Assembly: GCA_002633005.1 (NCBI GenBank)
Contig: NMRA01000183.1
Span: forward strand, 666,397 to 730,396
Direction of reading: 5' to 3'
Origin: Phoronis australis
Taxonomy: Eukaryota > Animalia > Phoronida
DNA: 64,000 nucleotides
Part shown: in pieces, positions 40,486 through 53,391 of the stretch
Position numbering within the stretch: the first letter of the stretch is position 1
How the letters are laid out: each line of letters opens with the position of its first letter
Program-made: the position numbers and the translations under genes
Notes under the pieces: generated by a model
Told to the model about the DNA's origin: nothing
Databases searched by the model: none
The model's input: only the letters and a program-made list of their open reading frames with translations

Positions 40486-42391
40486 GAACAAATCAAGTGT
40501 CAAAACCAATATTTTGAGGGTCAACCATTACGATGGAATATGTTTTTCATAATCTATTTCATCTAATTTGTATTATACGGTTATTTACAATCAATACTAC
40601 ACTGAAGGTGTACATAAGCCAATATAAACACTAAATGTGCAAATTTCAGTGTTTATATAATCAGCCAAATTTCAACAAATATTTTAAAAATCTCCAGAAA
40701 AAAGACTTCGGGAGATGGTTGCAGAAATATGGACAATCATTAGGTGTTGATGTCACTGATTACATGTTCTGACACTCTATGTCACATTCATTGCTTCCCT
40801 TGAAACTGCCATACAACTCTCCACTTTCCTCTTCTGAGTCCACTTCACAAACATTGGTGAGCAAGAAATCAATCATCAAGTTTGGTAAGATAGGACCACA
40901 CGATCACACAGCTTGTAACACTCTTTCGTCAGTCTGCATCCACCCTTGTCCTTCGTCTTGACTGCTCGACTGGGTTCGCAAGCAGGCTGGTACAATGTGA
41001 TACGGTGATTAACTCGTTGGATGGGAGGTTTCAGTGCAGACTGGCACGGGGGAAGTCGAGCAAGGTCAATCTTTGACTTGTGAGGATTTCATCTTCACAA
41101 ACCATTTTGCGTAACATCTTGGCACGAGTAGCATCTATCAATGACTCACAATTCTGACCGTACATGAGGTAGTTGAACTCTTCGAACTTATATCCCAATC
41201 AACATCAGGTTTCTTGAATGCACGGCTTTTTGAGGGGACCAACCTCCCCTTTACGTATAAACGCACTGGTGCAATCTTCTCCAGTGTATACATAAAATCC
41301 AAGTAGAGCTTCACAGTGGTCTTTTCCCAAGGATTTTGCCATGTCAGAGAGATCCAGTAGTCGCCAATGTTTTCCAGATCCTGTATCTAGATATACAGAC
41401 AACTTTATAGCGTGCCAGCAGCAGAATGACAAAGACACCNGAACAAATCAAGTGTCAAAACCGATATTTTGAGGGTCAACCATTACGATGGAATTTCTTC
41501 ATAATCTATTTCATCTAATTTGTATTATACGGTTATTTACAATCAATACTACACTGAAAGTGTACATAAGCCAATATAAACACTAAATGTGCAAATTTCA
41601 GTGTTTATATAATCAGCCAAATTTCAACAAATATTTTAAAAATCTCCAGAAAAAAGACTTCGGGAGATGGTTGCAGAAATATGGACAATCATTAGGTGTT
41701 GAAGTCACTGATTACATGTTCTAACACTCCATGTCACATTCATTGCTTCCTTGAAATTCCATACAACTCTCTACTTTCCTCTTCTGAGTCCACTTCACAA
41801 ACATTGGTGAGCAAGAAATCAATCATGAAGTTTGGTAAGATAGGACCACACGATCACACAGCTTGTAACACTCTTTCGTCAGTCTGCATCTACCCTTGTA
41901 ACTCGTCTTGACTGCTCGATTATGGGTTCCTAAGCAGGCTGGTACAGTGTGATACGGTGATTTACTCGTTGGATGGGAGGTTTCAGTGCAGACTGGCACG
42001 TGGGAAGTCGAGCAAGGTCAATCTTGGACTTGTGAGGATTTCATCTTCACAAACCGTTTTGCGTAACATCTTGGCACGAGTAGCATCTATCGATGACTCA
42101 CGATTCTGACCGTACATGAGGCAGTTGAACTCTTCGAACTTATATCCCAATCAACATCAGGTTTCTTGAATGCACGGCTTTTTGAGGGGACCAACCTCCC
42201 CTTTACTTATAAACGCACTGGTGCAATCTTCTCCAGTGTATACATAAAATCCAAGTAGAGCTTCACAGTGGTCTTTTCCCAAGGATTTTGCCATGTCAGA
42301 GAGATCCAGTAGTCGCCAATGTTTTCCAGATCCTGTATCTAGATATACAGTCAACTTTATAGCGTGCATGCAGCAGAATGACAAAGACACC
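40486..42391. repeat. Near-identical tandem duplication of about 950 bp joined by a single N
   Basis: 40486-41439 and 41441-42391 both start GAACAAATCAAGTGTCAAAACC and end ACAAAGACACC. The N is at 41440. Confidence 0.95.
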
Positions 42392-43015
42392 AGTGTCAGG
42401 GATTCTGACGACATCGTTTCTGTGTCCAAGTGAGGCAACGTACTGGAGGTACAAAACACTTCTTCAGTCAGTCTCTTATTGGTTACTGTAGATATGTGGG
42501 ATCTCTTGAGTATGAACATCGAACCACATTAATTTTTACATTATGGCATCGCAAATTAGTTAAGAAAGAAATACTCAGAAAGGTTTGTTCAGAAAAAAGA
42601 ATATGGATGCCTGTCTACAATCAGGAAGGCCATCTCGGTTTTCTCCAACCTGGAAACTGCCTTCCCACCACTCCAGACCTGCAGTAACAGTTAACAGAGT
42701 TGCTTTTTGTAGTCATCGTTTGCAAGAAAGATTAGGAAGTCATACGGCTTTTGTGTAGCTGATCCACCCGAAATTATTTTCTCCGAACTGCAAAATTACC
42801 ACGTTGGAGGGAGATTTGCTAACTCGTGTAGAAGTGCAAAACGATCTTGGATGAACAGAACATCCTCAGGATAATGAAAGTCTTCTCGCGAAATGTCGTT
42901 CAGAAGATAACGCGAAATGGAGGAGTTGTTGGTCTTAGAAAAAATACATTGTGTTGCAAGATTAGGGGGCACGGGTATCAGGCAGTACTTCATGAGCTTT
43001 GGCATGTTCAATGGC
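41750..43015 (-). pseudogene. Academ transposase remnant (C-terminal half; part duplicated at about 40780-41439)
   Basis: Minus strand: LFIQDRFALLH; NQ*ETD; VVRIPDTGVFVILL; YLDTGSGKHWRLLDL..LGKDHCEALLGFYVYTGEDCTSAF..KG; LARLPPCQSAL..IQRVNH (left copy). These match the EEAD / DTDV / GxD..S.F.GKG / LPP..R.NY motifs of Academ. Confidence 0.85.
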
Positions 43016-43022
43016 TCACCCA

Positions 43023-43778
43023 GTGTGTTCTAAAACACCTCGACCCACAACCCCCACGACCTGTGGCAATAGATGCATCTGCGCTTTTTACACATTTCAT
43101 AATCATATTATGTTTCTGAGTGACTTTCCCCTAAGACATATCTACGCGAGTATCAGATATAGCCGAATGTGAGCGTGCTACTGTTGTCATGCAAATACAT
43201 GTAGTTTCACGAGTAGCTACCACTTGCCTTGTTCTATTAAGCTTAGGGAGAGAGTACGTTAACGTGAATGCACATAATTTCACACAATTATTATTTGTTC
43301 TCTGTTGTATTCTCGTTTTCAATATACTACATGACATGCTGAGATACTTTTTAGTTGAGAGTTTGTTTTTCAAAGTGAATTTAGACAGTGTCAGACAGTG
43401 TAAAGTGTATTTACTGAAGCAATTACATATTCGTGGGTTCCTCCTCTCCCCCAAAAAAATTGAATCTGCCATACACTGAAGAGCAGAAGATACGATTACA
43501 CTCTGCGGGGAACGACATTTATAATGTTGGTAGGTCTTTGATTTCGTTGTTTTTTGTTCTGCTTTTGGCTTTCAAACTTGCCGAATTGCAAAAAAAGAAA
43601 AGCCAGCCGAGCTCACGGACAGACTCGAAGGGTCCTGTTAGTCAGTGCTGGTTCAATGTTCAGATCTAATTGAGCTTGTTTAAACTGGGTAGAGGGGGTT
43701 GTGTACAATTGGGTCGAGGAGGTCGTGGGTGAGGGGGTCGTCAGTAGCGTGCGGGTCAAGGGAGTTTTAGAACAATCC
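43023..43778. mobile_element. Uninterrupted second copy of the 27219-31161 MITE family, in opposite orientation
   Basis: The right terminus reads GGATTGTTCTAAAAC in reverse complement, with CCTCGACCCACAACCCC repeats. The interior TGTGGCAATAGA..GCGCTTTTTACA and GAGCTCGGCTGG..TTGCAATT..GAAAGCCAAAA are shared with 30600-31161. The left tip is damaged and there is no TSD. Confidence 0.8.
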
Positions 43779-45285
43779 AGATTTAAGAAGGAGCGTGAAT
43801 CTGGGACAGCTCTCAGCTTGATACTGGGCAACAAAATGATATTCCTCTCACGCTTGTGGAGAAATGAAATGAAAATTGCTATTGTTACATTTTCTTGTAA
43901 AGATGGCTGCCATCCTTGGTTTCAGTTTTGCTGCAGAAAGTGCACTCAGGTGGGAAAATGACCACGATGGCGCATGATGTTGATAGTTTATGGAGCGAAT
44001 GATGCACTTGGGAGCTTGGTGACTCTGAGCCTTAACTGTCCCCCAAAGGGGGAAGTTTGGTATTGAAATCTTTATAGCTTTTTCTGTGATAACCCATTTT
44101 CTTCCAATTCACTGGCTGGACTTTGTTAGCCTATCATTTTCGTGATCGATATCGCATGTTTCGCCCGATGGACACGAAATTTACGAAGGGTATTTATCTA
44201 GTCAATCTTTCGGGTCTTTTGTTTTGGGCGAAATCTAACTTTGGGGCTACTCTTAGCCGAAACTTTACAAATGTGGTGTGAAAGTAGATCCTTTCATGGG
44301 ATATCTGAAATGCGGGAATGGGACTTAACGTTCTCGAATTACTGGACTGTCTGATCTGACGATAGTCTTTTATTGGCTGATTCCTCAATGGCTTTTTAAT
44401 GGTTTATCATTTACTGAACGCTGGTGTGGTTGATGAAGCTATTTTCAAACTAATATTTAGCTTCTTAGATTCAACCACCACTACCTTAAAAGTTTGAATT
44501 TCATACATCCAACATATTTAGTAGATGGCGTTTTGATCTCTTATTCGAGAGTGTCAATTCACTGTAAGTGACTAATTCAGTATTGGGTGAAATTAGTAAG
44601 CGGTTATTATCCCAAAGAAATGACAAGACTCAGATTGAAATGTAACGATAGTCAGGTAAACATGGGCCAGCATTAGCGAGCAGCTAACGAAGGGGGGACA
44701 GGATAGCAGGCCCGTAGGAAGGTAAAAAAATTATTGGGGGGTCACAAACCAATGTGACTTCGCCAATGTACCCCCTTGCTATCGTCACCCCCACCGTTAT
44801 GTGGATGTCACCATATTTGTACCGAACCTCACCCCCCAGGTCCTCCATAATTGGGGGTAATACCGGGGATGCAGCCATAAGGATTTGAGTAACCGCGAAC
44901 CAACAAAGACTCAAGGAGAATAAGAATGGCTCTAGGCCCGAGCGCATTGACGGGCATCTGGGTGCTGTCTGAAGTAACTATAGCCGAGTCGAAGGTCAAG
45001 GTTCCTTTTATTATGGCCATTCTTTGAAGTAATTTTTCGAAGAATGAGGTCCAGAGGTGCCTGGTATGAGTGCCTCCGTTTCCGTTTTAGAATCCCTTGA
45101 AACGCTGGCGGTAGTCCAGTTTCTAGTTGCTGGGGAAAATGATACAGAGTGTGACCCAAAAATGTATACATTTCAACGTATGGAGTTCAAATTCAGTTTC
45201 CGTGGGTAACTGAGATTCTAAGCAGGCCTACTGCATGGCTACTCCTTATTTTTAACGCGATGTGCCTGTCATGACGTGCTCCGTG

Positions 45286-45505
45286 CATGCACACACCTAG
45301 AGGGGGGCCTCGGGGGGGGGGGCTCGATGGCAAAGTGGGCAAAACAAGAAGCCCGAGAAAAACGAGACAAAAGTCCACTAAAACGGCAGGATTCGGCGTA
45401 TGCGCAATTCATAGCCCTGAACAAATCTCGCATTCGTTTTTTAAGTAAAAGGTCTACATCTTCAAAATTCAAGCCCCCTTGTATTTTAGGCTGGGTGCGC
45501 GCATG
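45286..45505 (-). mobile_element. MITE with CATG termini; same family as 8155-8402
   Basis: TIRs CATGCACACACC / CATGCGCGCACC (reverse complement). The interior is homologous to 8155-8402 in reverse orientation. Confidence 0.75.
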
Positions 45506-46807
45506 CCACGTGTGTACGGGAAATGCAAGCAAACGATTCAGTTTTGAAGAACAAATATTCATTGCCCAATAGCATTTGAAAAAAACATCAGGGAAGTTCA
45601 AGACAACCTTTCCAAGTTGATGACCGATAAGTTTAATTTTATTTATTTAAGTACTTAAACTTCGTTTTCGATCTACAGTTTGTAAACTTAAACCCAGCAA
45701 TCTAGTTTCTGAGCCAATAAACAATTTATTGTCATTTGAGTTGTGAGAACATTTCAGGACTCATTGTTGAGCTGTCCAAAATACATTTGATTTCCTTGAG
45801 ACTTATTTCAGATAGACAAAAATCGTTTTGTGTACTTTTATATGTGGGGATCGATTTTTCCCAATGTCGGTTCATTGAAGTATTGTTATTTCTTACAAAA
45901 CTAGCTTCAAATTGTCAAAAAAATCATCTCTCAATCAGTCCCCTTTTGTAGATACATAAACGTGTAAATCAGAAACCAACAATCAAATCCATGAGCAATG
46001 TGTTTACCTTGATTTAATGACCTAATTCCTTTTTGATCCCCTGTTAGTGACATCAAATCTTGTCAAAAAGCAATTGTCATTTGAATTGTGAGTATTTTTT
46101 GGGAAATGTCCGAACTTCATCAATGCTTTTGAGAGTTGTTTTAGATCGGCAGAAGGAGTCCAAGTGCACTGTACTATTTGGGGATCGGATTTATTTTTTC
46201 CATATTCAGGCTTCAACTACATTCCCTGAATCGTCATCTTTTCTGAAAAAAAATAGCTTCTAATTGCCAAAAATCACCTGTCGGTTTTAGTAGAAACATA
46301 AACAAGTAAATCACAAACCAACGAATTTGTTGATAAAAGCGGAATGGTATAAGCAATTTCCGCGGGCATACCCACAGATTTTTGGCGGGTAACCGGGGGA
46401 AGTGGGAGATTCATAGTAAGGTATATTTTTGCTGTGTATGAAGTACCTATAACGGTTCACGAGTTTACCTTAAAAAACGCTGAAATATTTGTTTATTTTG
46501 TTTATTATTGCGAGTATTTGGGTACACTCGTTCGACATGTACCCGGTCACTTCAATGGTAGGCTTGACAACAGTGTTTTCCACATGTGAGAATTCCTTAT
46601 AAACAAATCATGGTTACCATCTTCAAAAGACATTTTATTCTTGTGATAATATGGGAAACAGTAACATTATTTTATAACTAACCTTCGGAAATAGTCCTTT
46701 TGTTTAATTAACAAAAAGCGGTCTTCACGTTCTTTGAAATTCACGCCCCCCGTTTCGACGGCGGTCAATCGTATTGTATCTTTTCACATTTTTTGGTTGT
46801 TTGCGTA

Positions 46808-49800
46808 TAGTCGGTGGGCCAAATCTCATAGCGTTCATCCTTGTGAGTACTTTGGGGGGGGGCAACCTAGTTTTTTCTATGTGGCTAGATAATATAACTA
46901 AAAATCAAATTCCAAAAAGTTCCCACGTCTACACTTGCACATTTTTTTAAAAAAGGTGTTTTTGTTGCACAAAATATGATGCATATTCCTGCCACTTGAT
47001 GGCGCTTTTCTAGTGAATTGACCAATCAGAGAGCCAGATTGTATTGTTGTGCTTAGTTACTTCAATATGGCTGCTCCCATGGAATGTGATGTCTGTATAA
47101 GTCAAGGTTTATCAAACAGCACACAATTGTGATGTCAGAGCCTAAAGAAGCTTAGGAAAGCTTCCTGACGAAAGCTGATTGACTGTGGAACTCTGTAGAT
47201 CAGTAGATCAAAAAGAAGAAGAGGTGTCACAAACGTTTGTGCAGAAAACAGCTGCATGCCCTGGTAGCCTACACAGTATACTGCTGAGTGCTATAGACTA
47301 GAATACCAAGTGTCAGACCAGAAAATTGAAAGGACATAGAACGGCATAGCAACGTTTCAAGGCACCAACAGTAGTACTAAAGCTGAAGTTGCTGAAAGTG
47401 ATACAGATGTTATCCAAGATTTCCCAAGAAAATCAATCACTTCCAAAATCTGAAACACCCAATTAACCTGAACAAGATAGGAACATTCTGAAACATGAGT
47501 GCATCATTTGTTAGCAGGAAAAGTACATTATGGGCCACATTTCAAGAAAGAGAAAGAAGTATAGCTTTCAAAAACAGGTACGTGTTTTTTAAAAATACAT
47601 TTTGGTGTTTTCCACGTGTGATTCAGTATTATCACCAGTTGTTTTTTAACTTGTTCAGCCCCTTGACTGCCTAGGCCTTAGACAATACTGCTGACCCAGT
47701 AGAGACGATGATCATACTATAGGTACTTCATATGCCGGATACTTTTCGGCAAATTATGTTCCTATAAGTTTAGAAGTACCGCGTAGAGAGATGCCTCTGA
47801 GGAGGTCGTTAATGTTTTCATTTGTTCCCAGTTTAAACAAATACTCCTGCAATCCTGTTTTTCGAACACTCCATTCAGTTGCCACATCGACACTGCTTGC
47901 GCTAAGGGATAATCCTATGGCGTTATACTGTGGGTGTGATTTTAAAGCACTTTAAGTCTAAAATTTTTGAGAAGGTTAAATGGAGTAGATAGTTCCAAAC
48001 AACATGCCCAAGTGGCCGTCATCCCCTGCCGTAGTCTCAATTTTTTGTAAACATTAATTACTTAGGTAGCAGCTGCAATGATAATTAAATTAAAGTGCCT
48101 AAGTGGCCATCGTCGCCGTCGAAATTTGAGGACGATGGAAGCCACTGTCCATTTCGTCAAACGTCGATTACCTTAAGTGTAAATCGATTGACTATGGTTT
48201 GAGCATCTGATTTAAAAAAATTAAATTTCAATCACTGCACAGGTATATCAGCTGATTTATTTTCAGCTGCATCTACTGATCTAATTATTAGACGATCAAC
48301 ATTATTAGGCTACAGGTCAAACGGCATGTAAATTTGTTAGGCTGGTGGTGGATCAGCTCCTGATACGTCCGTCTGAAAAAGTTGCATGCCAACTCACTCA
48401 TAGTTGAATGTTAAATTAGTGTTAACAGTTCGGGTTTTTTTCAGTTGGACTTGTATCGCAAGCAACAGCTCAGTCCAGAGCCCTGAATATGCAAATGAAA
48501 TTCAAAGATAAAGACCTTGTGTCTTAGAAGCCAAGTACCACAGATCATCATGCTGTAAAAAAGAGAAAGACAAAGATTGTGGAGAGTGACGAATCCCCAG
48601 TTTTCAGAGATGTTTTTCTACAGTTTTGTTTGGAGTTCATTGAATCAAAGCTTCTATCACATGGAGATGTCATTTGCCTTTCAAAAATAAAGCAAGACTT
48701 TGAAGCTGTTCTTCAGAAAGCTGGTGTGCATGAAGTTATTTGGACAGGCAATCTTAAGAAATATTGTTGAAGCTACTCACTGTTGTAGTTTGTGCCTGAC
48801 TAAGAGATACGAAAGTGAATTGAGGCTAGTGTTCAATAATTCACTTGCTGACTCTAATTAACACAGCCCATTGTAACATATTTTGAATCAAACGTTTGCC
48901 CAAATAGTGCCCGCCTCCAAACAAGGACTTAGTGTTTGACCCTTCATTGCCTGCGGGCTAATCACCAGTGTGCAGTGCTGTACCCTCTCTAATCGACCAT
49001 AGTTGGCTCCTTGGCGGTGGAGCTTTGCAGTTAATATGTATGGCAATGACCGCATCTCCATTGACAGTACTAAACGATGAACGCTGCAAGTGCAAAAAGA
49101 ACATGTGTGCTGGGAAACTGAGTTTGTGCTGCAATGCTGGGTCAAACTGTACAGAAATGTGCAGCTGTGACAACTGTAGTAACATCAGCAACACTGACTG
49201 CATAACATTGGATAGTTCTTTGACAGGCCAACCCTAAATAGACCTCCAACCCCGTTATTTCCTTTTTTGTATTAAAAAGTTAATTTTATTTGTTGATTAA
49301 GTCATAGAAAGTACATACTTTGATCATTGTCATGTATTTGTCTCATACTGCTTAATAAACGCTGTCAGAATAATCTATTTTAATACAGTCTTTGTGCACA
49401 TTCACAGAGATCATTCAACTATATTGTTTTTGTACTATAACATATTTCTGGTGTATTATGCAAACAAGCTGTATTTTACACCATTAGTCAATGTTTTAGT
49501 CATTGAGGCACAAATTTTGCCCAGTCTCAAGTGTTTTGTGTTATTTTTGTTGCCTGACAATGCCAGAATAACTTCCTAGAAACATTCAGACTTAGTTTGT
49601 ATTTTTGCCACTAGGTGTCTCTTTACGTTTTTTAAATTTCACTGTTTACAATTAATTTACAATAGTAAAACATGTAATGTGAGTGTAATATTGTTCAATA
49701 CAATGGCACTGATGGGACCATATTACTTGTTTTACAAAAAAGTCACCAAAACTGTTGTTTTTACAAATATAAGTTTACTAAGCTCTTTGGTGATTATTAG

Positions 49801-49971
49801 GTAACTTCAAACTCAAATTTCTCAAAAATGTGCAACTTTATATGTGGGAACTTTTTAGATTTTGAAAACACTCTAATAAATGAACTAAAAAACACCAAAA
49901 TAAAATTGCCCCCCTAAAGTACTCACAAAAACCATTTTCTAGAGGCCCTACAAAATCTGGCCCACCGACTA
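46808..49971 (+). mobile_element. Academ DNA transposon with both TIRs, internally deleted
   Basis: TIR TAGTCGGTGGGCCA plus subterminal inverted blocks TTGTGAGTACTTT(G/A)GGGGG and AAAAAGTTCCCAC..TTGCACATTTTT. 3-bp TSD GTA (46805-46807, 49972-49974). Coding remnants: ECIIC*QEK, KDL..LEAKYH, LHCLRANHQ and the C-terminal CKCKKNMC..CCNAGSNCTEMCSCDNCSN. Confidence 0.93.
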
Positions 49972-51539
49972 GTAGAATGTCTTAATACTGCTGTGCTGTT
50001 CTCGAATGTTTTGTGTTTCTTGATGAATTTTATATCACAACTTTCCTTGTTGATACTTGGCAGTGTCGGATTTACATGTATAAAAGGACAAAGGGACATT
50101 TCTTTGAACTGCTTCACCGAGAGAGGGTCGCGTCTGAAACGGGACACCTTAATTATGAAAAGCTAGACAGTATTAAGCTTGGGAAAGAGAAATAGTTCAT
50201 TCCAACGTCGTGTGGTCTGACGACGATACAGGAAGTGACCTTCTTCAACATTAAAGTTGGTTGCACGATTTCACAAAAAAACAAACAGGAAAATAGACGT
50301 AATTGAGTACCGCTTTGGATCCTGTCTCCGTGAGCGTACCCTTAAGAAATTGTCAATACAAACATGAAAACAGGAGCCACTTGAAAGTCATCAATGGCCT
50401 CCTTCAGACGTGGGTCCCATCTATGTGAAAATGTCTATATTTTCAAAAATCAAGAATTGTGCATAATTTTTTTCGAGTGTTATACACTTTGAGAAAAAAA
50501 GCGACAGTGGTCTCCCTTATCTCTTGCCAGACAGGAACCTGTAGAAAAATATGGTTTTGCAGTCGCAAAATTGACTTACAGAATTTAAAAATCCAGTAAA
50601 TAAATACGCTCCGCAAAAGCTTCCATTTATAAATTTTGTTGATTTTTCGAAATATATGCATAAATCATTGCGTGAACCTTTCCAAGTGCATTTAGACGAC
50701 CTGTGCTACGAAAGCAGAGACCCCAACAACAATATCCTGCCCAGAGTTCTCAAAAGGTAAACCATGCCGTGATACTTAGTTGTTTAATATTCTCTTGAGT
50801 TTTCTCTCTTATCTGCATTTAGCAGTCTTTCTTTTCGCGACTGTCCCCGCCCAACGAGTATGTCGGTTGCTACGGTTTAACCCTAACGCCTGAAATTTTT
50901 TTGGGGGGCGCCCCCCCCCCCCCCCTTCCAACGGCCCTGGATAGACATATGAACGGCCTGTAAAAGGCTAAAACAGTCACTGGAGGTGTATCACTGGTTA
51001 AAATACATCAAATGCATGTGCCATGTTTGATGGATACCAACATGGAATTTCACCAAAGAAATCTAGTTATAGAAGGTGTCACCTGGGGTCAGCAAGAGTC
51101 AAATCACCTAAAGATTGAAGTTGATCGATTTCTTGGAAATATATTCGCAAAAGACTTGAAGCTACTCCATGAGGCCTACGTGATGCATCTCCAAATTTCC
51201 TGTGGTCAAGAACCGTAAACTGCGTGGCCGTAGAATTATCCTTTTTATCGACTGTTGCTTGTAAACAAACAGAAGCCCCGTTTTATTTTTTATTTCTTTA
51301 GCTCGACAGGAAGTTCATTGAATAACATCTGAAATCAACAGTATCCCACAAGCTGGACCCCAAAGCAAATACAAAATGGCCAAAAATTACATATAGAAAA
51401 TTCATTAAAAATTGCACTCCAATGAAAATTAACGGAAAAAACTTTGAAAATGGAAAGACCGTCTTCTGATAGACATATTCAATGTCTACATGAATTTCAT
51501 CAAGATTTTTCTTCCCGTTCTTTTAAACAGCTTTAATAC

Positions 51540-52424
51540 CCTCCCGCAGTGATTGTAAGACGCAGAGACGCGTCCCCTGTGGTGGATGGGGGAAGCGCTT
51601 CTAAACGTGGGTTGCACCGAATAACATGGAATAAGGTGCCGTCAACCAACTCAACCTAGGAGAATGGAAATCTCTGATTCCAAACCCGGGTAGATGAAGC
51701 TCGTTCACCTTGGAAGGCAGATTGTCTAGGTGAAAGAAAACTCTGATTCCAAACGCGAGTAGACAGAACTCATTAGCCTTGGCAGGCCGTTTATCTAGGA
51801 GAAGGCAAATTCTGATTTAAAATCAGGGGCAGAGGATGCCCCCAAGCAACGGACAGTAGAGTCTCTACGAGAGAGAACCTCTGATAAAAAACAACGCCAA
51901 ACTCGGATATACTGGGCACCTGTGGCGCGCAACGGCAGTGTAACGCATACGTCACCATGATGGTCAATATAGATTCTTACTGTGATGATGCTCTACATGT
52001 GGAGTCCCGCCGGGCTAGTAGAGTGACGGGCTTTATGCCTCGTATGGGCACACCCCAAGCTACCGGTGGTCACCACCTCCCAATGCGAGAAGCAAGGCAC
52101 TGGAGACGTAGGGCAAAAGATACTGGCCAAACCTCAAGACTAACAGCAGAGATAGAGACTCTCAGGATCTTACAATGAAATGCCCAAGGAGTGTTTATAA
52201 AGAAGGGCCTCTCGGAGCTGTGTCCATGCGATATGGCAGCCAGACCACGGAACAGATCCTCCACACATGGCCATTGCACGAGGAAAAGAGGAACCAAGTG
52301 TGGCCCTCCACCACCTCGCTTTGGCTTGACAAGAAACTCTATGGCAGCCTAGATGACCTGCAGAGGACAGCAGCAATCATTGGCAGAACAGATTCGACCA
52401 TTTGACGAACGACAAGAAGAAGAA
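51540..52424 (+). mobile_element. Internally deleted Ingi/I-group non-LTR retrotransposon (about 880 bp)
   Basis: A 5' UTR is followed by an ORF start that reaches the APE endonuclease opening LRILQ*NAQG. This is fused directly to the C-terminal ELCPC..QTTEQILHTWP..RNQVWP..KKLYGSLDDLQRTA*. It ends in an (AAG)n tail. Degenerate 15-bp TSD AAACAGCTTTAATAC / AAATCGCCTTAATAC (51525-51539, 52423-52437; 12 of 15 match). Confidence 0.8.
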
Positions 52425-53391
52425 ATCGCCTTAATACAATTCTACGCTCTGAGTATTTCTTCAAGCCAAAACATGAGCTATTTGGGCCAAAATATTCATG
52501 ATGCTCTAACTTAAAAACTTTGATCTGACTCGATGACCCCCTATCAAATGTGGACCACTGTCAGGCCAAAATCCATACCGTATCACTCACAGCAAGAACG
52601 TTTGTATAAAGATTCACCAAACAGTTTTTGCAAATTAACTTTAACTAGACACCGGTTGAACTACCCATACCGCAACTGCTCAAGACAACACTTGAACATT
52701 ACATGGCACCATCGTTAGAATCATCGTTGTCACCATTGTCAATACCTGGCGATCACGTGTGTCTTGTAAATTTATAACACTCAAATTCCTCATGTAAAAT
52801 AACGACCAATCTGCACTTACTATAACTATTCTGTCTTTACTTGTACTTGCACCTGGAGCACGTGATGTCATCCACTGAATACTTATGGGTGTTTTTGTTC
52901 TTTCTAGATATGTAAGTCACACGCTGGAACTCAATGTCGAATTAAGTTGGGCACGGCGAAGATAATAAGTAAAGAAAACGCCACCAACTTGCTAGTTTTA
53001 GCAACTGTGGTATCATTAATTTCATTCTCACAACTTCACCGTTGGAACACCATGTGTCATCTTAGGCCCGCCAGTACGACTGTAAACAACGGCGGGTATT
53101 TTCGATTACATCTAGCCAACCAGTGCAGACAATTATGACATGGCGCATGCTATTCGCCCTAGCCGCCATGTTCCTTTCATCTCTAAGTCCATGGTCTAAT
53201 TAGCGGTAAGATTCAATCATTTATAGTAGCCTTAGCACATACGTAGCATTGTTTACCTATTTTAATCACGCCTATTATACCAGCGACCAATTATTTACCC
53301 CCTGTCTGTGTTCTTTAAGGTTACGATCATTCGTAGTTTGATGACATCAATAAACAGTGAAGAAATACCTGCGAGTTCTTTTCTAGTACTT

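Larger units (their letters stand above)
44707..50939. mobile_element. CAGG-terminated DNA element with 5-bp TSD (hAT5-like), expanded to 6.2 kb by nested insertions
   Basis: TIRs CAGGCCCGTAGGAAGG / CAGGGCCGTTGGAAGG (reverse complement, 14 of 16 match). Perfect flanking GATAG at 44702-44706 and 50940-50944. Confidence 0.75.

Noticed and set aside
51995-52020. HVESRRA resembling a viral 2A motif (DxExNPGP), known from some Ingi-type elements
   Set aside because: It needs a frameshift and several substitutions, and the NPGP core is absent.
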